Below are positions 34,290-45,051 of a DNA stretch of 64,000 bases, piece after piece. The position numbers and the translations under genes were made by a program. The notes under the pieces were generated by a model. The model saw only the letters and a program-made list of their open reading frames with translations, was not told the DNA's origin and did not search any database. The stretch comes from Candidatus Thorarchaeota archaeon (lineage in GTDB: Archaea > Asgardarchaeota > Thorarchaeia > Thorarchaeales > Thorarchaeaceae), in assembly GCA_963726195.1 (NCBI GenBank), contig CAVSBO010000003.1:1-64000 (forward strand), read 5' to 3'. Position 1 is the stretch's first letter. Each line of letters begins with the position of its first letter.

Positions 34290-35201
34290 CTAGGTCTCTG
34301 CGTCTTGGTCTGTGCCCTCAGGGGCAGTTTGTTCTTCTTTCTCAGATTCAAGCGGACTGACGAGAAGACCTTGAGCGGTGACTTTGAGCACAACTCTCTT
34401 TTCAATGCCTGCGAGCCTTCTCACGGTCTCCGGGATCACCATTCTTCCCTTTGCATCAATTTCACTTATGTCACCGTAGAGCACGTGTCTCTGACCCTCA
34501 ATCAAGCCATCTCTGATACGGAGAACACGACTAGCATATTCAGCAACTCTCGGATTGTGAGTCACGTTGATGATTGTTGTTTCAAAATCCATGTTTATTC
34601 TCTTTAGGGCCTCCATCACCATTTCTGTGGTTTCCGTATCAAGTTCGCCGGTCACCTCATCTGCGAGAAGCATTTCCGGCTTGTTGGCCAACGCCACACA
34701 TATCGCTACTCTCTGGTTTTCACCACCCGATAGCTGGTGCGGCTTGTGCTGCATTCTGTTCTGTAAACCCATTGTCTCTAGCAACATTCGTGCTCTCTCA
34801 TCTGCAGCCTGCCCCTGCACACCTGCCAGCTTCATTGGGAGCTTGACATTTTTGATGGCCGACAAACCAGGAACCAGATTACCCGTCTGCCAAACAAACC
34901 CAACCATGCGCCTTCTATAGATCATTGACCTGTAATCGTCCAAGAGCGTTATATTATGGCCATCGAAAAGGACTACACCGGCCGTTGGTTTGTCAAGAGC
35001 TCCGAGCAACTTGAGCAACGTAGACTTGCCGGAACCTGACGGACCCACAATGGAGAGAAACTCTTTTGGTCTGACCTCAAAGTCAATTCCTCTGAGTGCA
35101 ATGACCTCTTTGGTTCCTCGACGGTAGACCTTCATGAGATCCCTCACAATGACCTTGTAGTCTTTTGCAATCTGCTCCAGGTCTTCTGACATATCATTCA
35201 T
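34290..35201 (-). CDS. LolD/MacB-type ABC ATPase with C-terminal AbrB-like domain
   Basis: GPSGSGKS, LSGGENQR, LADEVTGELD; C-terminal IDAKGRMVIPETVRR. Confidence 0.9.
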   Translation of the reverse strand: MNDMSEDLEQIAKDYKVIVRDLMKVYRRGTKEVIALRGIDFEVRPKEFLSIVGPSGSGKSTLLKLLGALDKPTAGVVLFDGHNITLLDDYRSMIYRRRMVGFVWQTGNLVPGLSAIKNVKLPMKLAGVQGQAADERARMLLETMGLQNRMQHKPHQLSGGENQRVAICVALANKPEMLLADEVTGELDTETTEMVMEALKRINMDFETTIINVTHNPRVAEYASRVLRIRDGLIEGQRHVLYGDISEIDAKGRMVIPETVRRLAGIEKRVVLKVTAQGLLVSPLESEKEEQTAPEGTDQDAET

Positions 35202-38022
35202 TCCTCAACTTGGATTTCTTCAGCGATGTTTGCGCTCAGGCCTCTCTTCGTAACGATGAGGGTTGAGCACAAAGAACACAGGAAGGTTAGGCCGACAATT
35301 GACAGAAGCAACTCCGTCGGTATGACAAGTCCGATTGGCAAGCGTGACCAAATTGCAGCGGTCTCAGTCCCAAAGAACATCAGTGGAATCTTCATGAACA
35401 GGTATGTGAGAACGAGACTCAGGAGAGCGCCTATCGCGGCAGCAATCATAAGTCCTACTACCGTCTCTACCGCAACTGATATGCTGATGGACCTTGTCTC
35501 TCCTCCGATGGCTCTGAACACAGAAAGCTGTCTCCTTAGCTTGTGTATTCTCTCCACAGATACGAGACCAACTCCTAATGTTAGGAATGCTACTGAGAAG
35601 ACAATGTTCAGAGTGTACACTCCAAAAACCGCTCTGCCTGCTCTCGACGCGAGGGCATCATCTATTCTCTTGAGGCCAGAGTCAATTGTCTTGAAGCTAT
35701 CAGGTGCGATACTGTGCAGATCTTGAATCACTTTCGTGTAGTTAGCGTTATCATTGAGGTGTATGTATAGACTGTCTATTTTCGCCGTCCTGAGACACGA
35801 CTGAACATAGGGGAGATTGATTATGAGAAAATCGCTTAAGTCAGGTTGCCCCGGAAAATAGGTCTCTCCTTGGCCTTCCAAGTTTTGAGCCAGCACATCC
35901 ACAATTGTGCAGGTGCTTCTGTTCACCCAACTCGTACCTTGGACTGTCAGTTCGAGGCTGTTGCCATATGTGACAGTTTCCCCTGAGGGACTATACGAGC
36001 GAGAAATGACCGGTTTGAAAGAAGTAATCACGCTTGAATTGCTCTGCGCAAGACGCTGTAAGGATGCCTGCGGGTCGCCGCTGTATGCGAAGTAGGGCAG
36101 CCAGAAACCAGCTTGGAACCACTTGGACGGTTGGACTGCGAACATGCGGATGGACCTATTCTGCATCACAGTACCGAAGTAGCTTGCGTCTGCGTACCTG
36201 ATGTAGGCATTCGTGGAAAACATCGCGGCAACGGAGCTTACACCGTCGACAGCTGTGAGATTGTTTACGATGTTGAGTGTCAGGTTTTCTTTTCCACTAC
36301 TGATGTCGATCCTTACGTCAGCACCGGATTCGAACATAAGGAGGTCTCTCATATGATAGTAGCCTGTCGTGGCAGAAACCCCCGAGAACAGGCCCGCAGT
36401 GAATACCATCGCGAGAAATACGACGCCGAGGGATTGGGTTTTGCGGTACAGAACTAGGTTGCGACTGACAATCCTTGCCCCAGCTGATAGCGAAGGTCTC
36501 TTCAGCCAACTGAGAACCCTTGCTTGCACACTTGCTGCCGGTCTGGATAGAATACGCGTGAAACTGAACAAGAAAAGAGCAAGGAACCAAACCATAGTGA
36601 ACAATATTGAGGCCTGAATTGAGGGATCGGCGACATAGCTGAAATACCCCGATTATCCCAGTAAGAACGAAAGCGCTGATTCCTAAAGCGATGATGTCGG
36701 CCCACGGAGTCTGAGACATTTCAGGCACCGACAGGTCTTCCCGAGCAATTGCCGCGTGGGCTTCGGTGGCTGACATCGTTAGTGCGCGAACCGCGCTTGG
36801 GAGTGCCACAATGAATCCAACTGTAAACGAAAACCCGAATACGAACGCGAGTGATTCTAGAGGCGGAGCAAAGGTGAACACTTGGAGCTGAGAGAACTGA
36901 AACTCAAGCAGAGTTCTCACAGTACCCGACAGAGCCGCCGCAAGATAACCGACGATGACTGCGCCCACACTGCCTACCAGCCCTGTAAACAGAGCTGCTG
37001 TCATTATCCACATGAAAGCTTGGGAACCTGATGCTCCTCTGGTTTTGAGAGTGCCCGTGTCTCTTCTTCTTTGGTCAGCGGAAAGCGTCGACTCATAGTT
37101 AACCAACATCACACCCATGATTATCGTGGGAAGTGATGCACAGACGGAGACTGCACTCATGCTGGAAGACCATGCAGAGAACTCGGACACTGCGTCCAAT
37201 AGCTTGAACCCATTGTTTGCGACATCTGCAAACGGAAGAGACTCTCTGTTCAATTCGCCGTGCGATGTCGTTGAGCTGGGTCGTGGCGACTGCAGCGCCG
37301 CTCCTAATGACTGCCCCCCTGTCGAGTGCAACCCATATCTGTTGTTCAGGGCTTGCGTATCCAGACCCATTCGGATTACCAAAAACTATCGACATTGAGT
37401 GCCTTGTTGTGACAACCCTGAGAGTGGAAATCTGAGGCCCCAAATAATAGAGCGCATGGCTGAATAGCTGTGAGTTAAAAACCCCAACAACGCGAAGTGT
37501 CTGATTCAATTCAATCCTGTTACCGTGTTCATCATAGGAGTAGGCATGGAATGTAAGGTTCTTGCCGACGTCAGTGCCCCAGAAGCCCAGCATCTCCTTT
37601 TGGACATAGCAAGTGCTATCGTTGAGCTGGGGGCTGCCCGGCGTCAGATGAATTGCATTCTGAAATGTGTGGAATAATGAATCGTCCACGCCGAGATATG
37701 TCAATTCCGAATACTCGTAGTTTGTCTGATTATAATCCCAAGTCTGAATGCAAGAGACCACCTCTGTTGCGGTAACGTACTGCTGTTCTTGTGCAATGTG
37801 TGTTATGTTTTCCAGTGACGTTGCGTTTTGCTGGTAGAAAGCCCATGTGAGTTCGAGTTGCATGTCAACTGGGACCTGCTGGACTCCAGCTTGGAAAACC
37901 TCTGGACCGGTCCAATCCAAGTAGAAGATGACGCCACCGACAACACCCGAAGAAAGGGCGAAGATGAAAAAGGAAGCGACCAGCCGTGGGCCGCGAGCAG
38001 CCAAAGATGAGGGTATGAACAC
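35198..38022 (-). CDS. Large FtsX/MacB-type ABC permease (two frameshifts)
   Basis: ORFs 37099-38022, 36318-37382 and 35198-36604 join. RRRDTGTLKTRGAS and RRQLSVFRAIG FtsX motifs. Confidence 0.85.
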
Positions 38023-40846
38023 TCACAGTTCACCTCCATACGGATTTGCTTCGGCCCAAGCCGCATTGAGCGCCGTGGCTAGGTTCACCCTCGGGCTCAG
38101 GGCTGCCACGACCGCGACAAAACCCGCTGTTGACCCCACGAATAGTAGAAGAATCAGAACAAACTGCGCCCAAGGAACCACAACTGCGACAGCCACAGGG
38201 AAGATGTAGTAACTGGTGCCGTACAAGACTAACGTATTGATTATGAGAATCGGTGAAAACACGAGTGCGAGTAGGAGGCTCAAGAAAGCCAGGACCAGCA
38301 TTTCTGTACCTTGTGTCTTGGCCACAAGACCCGTATCCGATCCCATTGCCCTGAGCAGAGCCATTTCCCGACGTCGCGCCTGAATATCCTCCCCAGCATA
38401 CACAGTGAATGCTGCAAACAAGGACAGGATCATGCAGACAGTAAACATTGTGTCAACGGATCGGTCCATTTTGTATGTAGCCTGATTTATGTAACCGGTC
38501 AAGTCCTTTGTGACGGAGGCCCAATCACCATCACCGATAGTGACATTCCAGGCCGAGCCGATAATCTGCTGAGCAAGGTTTGTGCCATTCACGTCTGGGT
38601 AGGTCCTGATACAATACAGGGGCACTCCTTCCACCGTTAGATTGACTTGTTCCGACAGATACTCCCTGTTGGTCCATACCGTATTCATGCCCACTTGATT
38701 GTACCCATAGTAATAGTACGGAGACGAAAACACTGTAATTGAATAAGCCCCGTAGAACACAAGTGAGGAAGGTTGTTTGTAGCCTGTATCAACAAGAAGA
38801 GCACTGCTCAGCGCGGGCACCACAGCGAGTATCGTGAAAACGATTACTTTCGTTTCGCTTGTAGAAGAATACGATGTACGTAACGCGTCTCCAACACTCA
38901 GGCCATACTCTGTCGCAATGTCGGAGGTGATGATTATCCCATTTGGAGTGGATGCGAGACCAAGCATTGCCTCCTTGAGTTGTGAGGATTCGAGCGGAGT
39001 TCCGCTGGAATCATAGCCGACCTCCAAGTATTCAGAAGGGTCCATTACCACAGCAGTCGTGTACTCGTAGTTGGTCGCTGAGAGCATCATGTTGAGGACA
39101 GACAGAGATGCTCCTGCCTGTACTCCTGAATGAGATGACGCATTGCCGACAAAGTTGCGCCTGTCCCAGGGCGACAGCTTGTCGAGGTGGAATGTCAGAT
39201 CCGCTCCAAAAGCGAATCTTGCTTGATCCAACTTCGTGGCTGGAATAGATGTGCCAACGAACGCGTAACCCCACGCAATGGTCAAGCTGAGCACTATGAT
39301 CACTGCAACGAGGCCTGCTGACGATGCTTCCTTACCGATTCTTCTGACCGCGTATGCCGGAAGGCGACCAGTGATTCGTGACAGCCTTTGGGATAACCAA
39401 TATGCGCCGCGTCTAAAACCCTTGACAGTCAGACTTGCGAGTCCTAGGAACAATGTGATAGGCGAGAGGTACGCTATCATTGTCAATGCTGGATTCATCT
39501 GAATAGCGGGACCTGCAGTGTATGTCAGAGACATCGCCAGCCCGGAGAGTATCAGGATCGCAAAGTCCCAACGCACGATGGCAAGCACTCTGGATACTCT
39601 GGCGAGTTTTCCTCCCTGGACTTCTGCGCTCATCCTTGTCTTGTAGAATGCCTTGTACACTAGAAACGCTGAAGCCGGCAGGAGTGAGCCAATAATCACA
39701 GACATCAAGATGGATTCGACACTAACCAAGAGCGGCTCACTCCAGAATCGCGACGCGTCAAACTCGAAGAAACCCGTGGCTGAGACAGTCTATCCTGCTG
39801 ACAAGCAGACCGAAGAACACCCCAAGAAACAACCCAGCGACCGTGAGCACAGCAAGTTCCTTGATGACCATGTGGTCCAAGTCTGAATTTGATGCTCCTC
39901 TTGATATCAGCATGCTGCTTTCATACCGGCGATCGTTGATGTTGAACCGGAGCGCCAGAAGCATCGTGAGCAGGACAATCAGTATCACTGCTGCTCCTCT
40001 CGCGACTTCAGAGAACCGCATTGCCATTCTCCAGCTCATGAAGGAACCGATGGCATTTGCTAACGAGTCCTGTACATAGAATCGCGTGTAGTAGTAATTC
40101 TGTGGATTGTAGCTGGGGTCAAGGGCTTTGATACTTTCCTCGATGCTACGCATATAGTTCCATGCAGCGTTGGCGTCATATGGTGTCAAGGGCGTCCTGT
40201 CCACATCGACAAGCACAGTAGGCTGCATGTTGGTTTGGCTCATCAGTGTGTTGTTCACTACTGCCACACCTAAAGAGTAGTAGGAATACTCAGATGTCAT
40301 CAACGGAGTAGAATAGACCCCCACGACCTTCAGAACTGACCAATTGGGATATACCGAGCAGTTGACGGTGTCCCCAATCCCTATGTGGAGTTGCTCAACG
40401 ACATTCACGAGTAGCGCGGTCTCTGACGTGTTCTTCGGCAGTCGCCCTTGCAGGAACACAAATGATTCCGGAAAAACGCCAAGGAAGTCCGAACCAAGCT
40501 CGACAATACTCCCATAGTACTGATCAAGGCTGGTTTGGTTCCCTGCACTCAGAATCGCCCACGTGCTCTCGAGATAAGCGGCCCTCTCTATTCCCGGCAA
40601 GCCTCTGATGGTCGTGACCATCTCCGCAAGTGTGGGCGAGTAGTATCTATCGGATACTGAGACTGACATTGCAAAGGGTCCGATGTCTGTCATGGTGACC
40701 CACTCATGCACTGAGTACGAATCCACGTACGCCGCTATTCCCATGACCATCGTGGTAGCGAGAACAAAACACGCGAGTGTCATGCCTTTTCTTCTGAGAC
40801 CGCGCGCAAACTCATAGTCCGCTGGAGCTGCGGCCATCTCACTCAC
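38023..40846 (-). CDS. Large FtsX/MacB-type ABC permease (one frameshift near 39770)
   Basis: RRYESSMLISRGAS and RRREMALLRAMG motifs; large extracytoplasmic loops. Confidence 0.85.
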
Positions 40847-41550
40847 CCGGAGCGCTCCTCGACGATGAGACCATCTCTCATGTTGTATACTCGATCCATT
40901 TGTTTACCGACATCAGGATCATGAGTCACAACGATGAGAGTACCCCCTTCTTCCTTGGTCAAACCAATCAGTACCTTCATGACGTCTGAACCAGTTAGCG
41001 TATCTAAGTCTCCAGTTGGTTCGTCCGCCAAGACTATGACTGAGCTGGTTGTGCCCTTCGGCTTCGCCAGTGCACGAGCAATTGCGACGCGCTGTTGTTC
41101 TCCGCCGGATAGCTCGTCAGGCCTATGATCCGCTCTCTCCGTGAGGCCGACTAGCCCAAGTAGATAATCGACTTTCTCCTTTCTCTCTGTCTCGGGAACA
41201 CCGCTGATAAGAAGCGGCAATTCGACATTCTCGTACGCCGTCAAGACGGGAAGCAGATTGAAGAACTGGAACACGAATGAAATCTTGTTCCTTCTAATGA
41301 GCGTCAATTCGCTCTCGCTCATGTGAGTAATGTCCACGCCGTCTATGATGACGCGTCCGTCTGTGGGTCTGTCGAGCGCGCCAATGAGATTGAGAAGAGT
41401 TGTCTTGCCTGAGCCCGATGGGCCCATGATTCCGATCGCTTCACCTCGCGTTACCCTGAGCGTGACACCTCTTAGGGCTGGAACCTTGATCTCGCCCATC
41501 TTGTATATCTTCGACACTGAGTCCAGGTCGACAACGTTTTCGGAACTCAT
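40843..41550 (-). CDS. LolD/MacB-type ABC ATPase
   Basis: GPSGSGKT, LSGGEQQRVAIARAL, ADEPTGDLD, VTHD. Confidence 0.95.
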   Translation of the reverse strand: MSSENVVDLDSVSKIYKMGEIKVPALRGVTLRVTRGEAIGIMGPSGSGKTTLLNLIGALDRPTDGRVIIDGVDITHMSESELTLIRRNKISFVFQFFNLLPVLTAYENVELPLLISGVPETERKEKVDYLLGLVGLTERADHRPDELSGGEQQRVAIARALAKPKGTTSSVIVLADEPTGDLDTLTGSDVMKVLIGLTKEEGGTLIVVTHDPDVGKQMDRVYNMRDGLIVEERSG

Positions 41551-41804
41551 CCAATTCCTCCCACGGCCAATAACTGCGGAGAAGTTACCGAATCTTGACC
41601 TCATTTGCTAATAAACAACGTCCTGCCAGCAGAGCAAGTCTCTCTCGGGCCAAACATCATGGAAAACCAATGCTCACGCATCGAGGCAGCGCTCCTCCTA
41701 TGGTATGATTTCGGACATCTGCAAACCTTGTGCGGAGAGAGCAGAACCTTTATCTCATCATTGGACATATTTGGTCATAGAATAGATAAAGAGAATCGGA
41801 AGGA

Positions 41805-42449
41805 ATGTCTGAGGGAACATTGCATGGAGAACATTACGAGTTCTTCAGCTGGAGAGGGTTTGGTGTCGGTGCGTCAATAATCGGTGCCTCCATGCTAGTT
41901 CAGTCATCGATAGGGTTCCCCGACATATGGACTAAGTCACCAGTCACTTATCTCATATTGATTGCCACCTCTGCATTAGTCGTGGGCATTTCCTCAGGGG
42001 CTGTGCTAGTCTATCTGGTTGCGCCGAATCAAGACGTGATTGGGCTGTCCGGACTCGGAAGCGACGATGCGAGCCAGCATGTAGTCTCCATACTCGTTCT
42101 GCTAGCTCTCGTGCAACCCGTTATCTCAGGGTATGTGTTCTTCTATCAGTACTTCAATAGCGACCCGCTTGCGGCCATTTGGGTGATGATTGCCTTTGCG
42201 GCACCGACCGCAGGTATTGTTGTCGCCTTTTTCGATAGGCGCGCGGTCGTGATCTCCGACCTGAGGAAGTATTTCCGAACCAACAACCGTCTTGACTTGG
42301 TCGGACTCGAATGGCTCCAAGGTCTTGGGCCACGTACGACAACCTACAGGATTGGCATGCTTGAAACTGCAGCTTCCAAAGTGAAGGGTGTGCAGTTTTC
42401 GGGTCATGAAATCATTACGGAGAAAAAATCGACATCTTTCAACGGCTAG
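41805..42449 (+). CDS. Four-TM hypothetical membrane protein
   Basis: Four hydrophobic segments and a soluble C-terminus. Confidence 0.75.
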   Translation: MSEGTLHGEHYEFFSWRGFGVGASIIGASMLVQSSIGFPDIWTKSPVTYLILIATSALVVGISSGAVLVYLVAPNQDVIGLSGLGSDDASQHVVSILVLLALVQPVISGYVFFYQYFNSDPLAAIWVMIAFAAPTAGIVVAFFDRRAVVISDLRKYFRTNNRLDLVGLEWLQGLGPRTTTYRIGMLETAASKVKGVQFSGHEIITEKKSTSFNG

Positions 42450-42461
42450 GAGGCCGTTCTG

Positions 42462-42809
42462 TCATCGCTGTTTGTGACGACGGTTCATATGAACGGCAAG
42501 CCCCTCTTCCGTCCATGCAGCCCATGTGCACTTTAGACAGGTGAGCTTCCGACTGCCGACCCCGAAACGAGGAGCGGCTCTCTCCTCCAGCTCATAGATT
42601 GTTCCGCCATAGCCGCTGCTTCTCTTGGAAGTGACTTTGAACCGTTTCTTGAAACAGTCCTCGCAAATCCCAAGTATCTTCTGTTCATCGTTGGAGTAGC
42701 TTTCCTCGAGAGTCTTGCCTGATTTCAATGGGGCTATCTCTTGACCGCAACTCTCGCATAGGTCTGGCGTCGCAATCACCGTTTCCCTAGTATGAGCTAG
42801 GCCTGTCAT
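42462..42809 (-). CDS. Zinc-finger protein (CxxC/CxxC plus C2H2)
   Basis: CESC...CEDC and CLKC-x12-H-x4-H. Confidence 0.75.
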   Translation of the reverse strand: MTGLAHTRETVIATPDLCESCGQEIAPLKSGKTLEESYSNDEQKILGICEDCFKKRFKVTSKRSSGYGGTIYELEERAAPRFGVGSRKLTCLKCTWAAWTEEGLAVHMNRRHKQR

Positions 42810-42984
42810 TTACGCAGACGACCAGCGACTATTTTACTCTTCCCTGTCACAACTAATGCTACGCAGACAGCAGCCGAGACCGCTGGCGCAAGTATTGGTT
42901 GGTAGCGAATGTCCTTCTCGATTCAACTAGCTACCACAGTCCAAAGGAATCGAAACAATAGCTTGCGGCAGTCGATTCGAGATT

Positions 42985-44172
42985 CTAGCTTGTTTGCTGA
43001 TTCGTTGACTTCACGAAGAGTTCTGCCGTCATCCTGAACAAGTAGTCAACACCTTGACCGCTCATGCACGATGTTTCTACAAAAGCCACAGGGTACAGCT
43101 TCTCCCCTGAACCTAGTTTCGCCGCAATGTCACTTGCGAGCTTCAGTCCCTCTTCTTGTGACACGGGTGTTTCTCTGTCGACAAGGGGCGCGCTTGCTCG
43201 AAGGTCGGTCTTGTTCCCGACAATGACAAGTGGTGTGCGTGGTCGCGCGGCCGTTGTGCTTTCCTTAAGCCAGAAATCGATGCTCTCGAAGGACCAGCGG
43301 TCAGAAGTACTGTACACGATGATGATCACATCGGTTCCCTGATAGAAGGCCTTTCTCGTTACTCTAGATACAGAAGCAGCATCAAATGACCAGACCTGCA
43401 ACCTTACCATGTACTCATCGAGTTCAACTACCTTCTCTGATACATACGGCCTCTTTTCTGCCTCGGCACCCGGTTCCAGCGGTTTCAGTGCTCCCTTCTG
43501 GATCAGACATGACTTACCAACGCCCTCTTCACCCAGGATCAGGGCTTTCGCGATTACTTCTGTCTTTGGTAGTCCGGTCGATAGAGAAGCTCTTTCACCT
43601 GAAACGCCCGAGACCTCAGGCGAGGCTCCCTCTGGTATGGCTGTTCGAAATCGAGGGGCACCAACTATCTCTTCGGTCCCTTCAACATCAATCTTGATTC
43701 TGCTTTTCTCAGGAACCGAACCAGAGAAGCTCTTGGGTCTAGACGCGAGAAACGAGTCACTCAGCGATTCCACGACGCTCAGTGCCTCTTCGACATCACG
43801 ATACTCAATCCCTGAAATCTCGCCTTTCGGCTCAGCTTTGACCGCGTCGGGAGCGACGGCCTCTGACAGATTCTTGGCCTTGCCCGGCGGGGGTTTCTTC
43901 TTCGCCTTCTTTTTGGCTGCATTCGCGGTTGATGCCCTTCTAGCGGCGAGAGCTTCTGATTTCTCTGTTGGTTCCAAGTCTGAGACTATCCTCTTCACCT
44001 GGGGCACACCTAGTTTCTGAAGAGTCTCTTTGGCGACGCTCGGAGCTAGCTTCTTGCCCGCCTGCCGGAAGTAGCCCTCGAGGTCTGAGCAGACGTCATC
44101 AAATGACCTGTTCCTTGTTGGAATCTTCCGCTTTAGGACGCCCTTATCGCGGACCTCAACGTAACTGGGCAA
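42985..44172 (-). CDS. Rab/Ras-like small GTPase domain with long N-terminal extension
   Basis: G1 GEEGVGKS, RLQVW, FYQGTDVIIIVY, G4 VGNKTDL, G5 ETSC; G3 degenerate. Confidence 0.85.
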   Translation of the reverse strand: MPSYVEVRDKGVLKRKIPTRNRSFDDVCSDLEGYFRQAGKKLAPSVAKETLQKLGVPQVKRIVSDLEPTEKSEALAARRASTANAAKKKAKKKPPPGKAKNLSEAVAPDAVKAEPKGEISGIEYRDVEEALSVVESLSDSFLASRPKSFSGSVPEKSRIKIDVEGTEEIVGAPRFRTAIPEGASPEVSGVSGERASLSTGLPKTEVIAKALILGEEGVGKSCLIQKGALKPLEPGAEAEKRPYVSEKVVELDEYMVRLQVWSFDAASVSRVTRKAFYQGTDVIIIVYSTSDRWSFESIDFWLKESTTAARPRTPLVIVGNKTDLRASAPLVDRETPVSQEEGLKLASDIAAKLGSGEKLYPVAFVETSCMSGQGVDYLFRMTAELFVKSTNQQTS

Positions 44173-44366
44173 GAGAGTTACACCGACGGTGGTTCCGGGT
44201 ATTATCAGGTTTGGCGCCTCTGAATGAACTGTGTTTGTCCATAGCTTGCTGATGCTGTTTGATAACCGTTTCGCTGAGCTGTTGAGGCAGGTACCGAACG
44301 TTTTTGTACCCGTAGGGTATCTCAGGACGCGGCTCAGTTTCGAACATAGAGCGCGAGGTTGGTAAT

Positions 44367-44927
44367 TTGGCGGAGATTGATTTCAGAGACTATGTCGAAG
44401 TAATCAAGGACTGGCCATCACCGGGCAGGGCCGTTTGCGACATAAGCAGGCTGCTCGAGAATCCGAGGGTCTTCCATGAAGCTGTCATGGCCTTGGCCAG
44501 GCCGATTGTCGAGCTCAAGCCCAACAAGATTATCGGTATTGAGCAAAGAGGATTGGCTTTGGGTAGCGCTATCGCTTACTACCTCGGGTGCGGGATTGTT
44601 CCTGCTCGTTCGATTGCTTACTTGCCTGATGACTATAGTAGGCCCGTGGAATTCCTGCCATCAGACAGATTCGCAGACAGAAGGCTCGCGCTCGTCTCGG
44701 ACTCGATTTCACCGGGCGACAGGGTTGCCATCGTGGACGACTGGCTCATTCAGGGAACGACCGTTCTTGCTGTGGCAAGGATCGTTCAGAAACTCGGCGC
44801 CAGTGTGGTAGGTGTCGCCTGTGTGATAAACAACATGTCGGAAGCACGTCGCAAGATGCTGGGGCGGCCTGAGATTCACTGTCTCATACGTAACTTGCGA
44901 ACTGACATCTTGCATCCCGATAACTAG
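44367..44927 (+). CDS. apt: Adenine phosphoribosyltransferase-like PRTase
   Basis: DWPSPG...DIS, GIEQRG, VAIVDDWLIQGTT. Confidence 0.8.
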   Translation: MAEIDFRDYVEVIKDWPSPGRAVCDISRLLENPRVFHEAVMALARPIVELKPNKIIGIEQRGLALGSAIAYYLGCGIVPARSIAYLPDDYSRPVEFLPSDRFADRRLALVSDSISPGDRVAIVDDWLIQGTTVLAVARIVQKLGASVVGVACVINNMSEARRKMLGRPEIHCLIRNLRTDILHPDN

Positions 44928-44995
44928 TGAGCGACACTCTTGAAGTCATGAGTACCACCATCTCGGCTGAAATCCTGCACACTCGCCATCGAATG

Positions 44996-45043
44996 AAAAA
45001 AAAGTGAGGAAGCGCTGGGGTTGGATTTGTCACCCACAGCGCT
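44996..45043 (-). terminator. Hairpin plus oligo-T terminator downstream of the acyl-CoA ligase
   Basis: Minus strand AGCGCTGTGGG...CCCCAGCGCT stem followed by T8. Confidence 0.6.
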
Positions 45044-45051
45044 ACTGCAAA

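Noticed and set aside
42802-42870. Short direct repeats (CCTGTCA, TACGCAGAC)
   Set aside because: Only two short copies; not CRISPR-like and could be chance.
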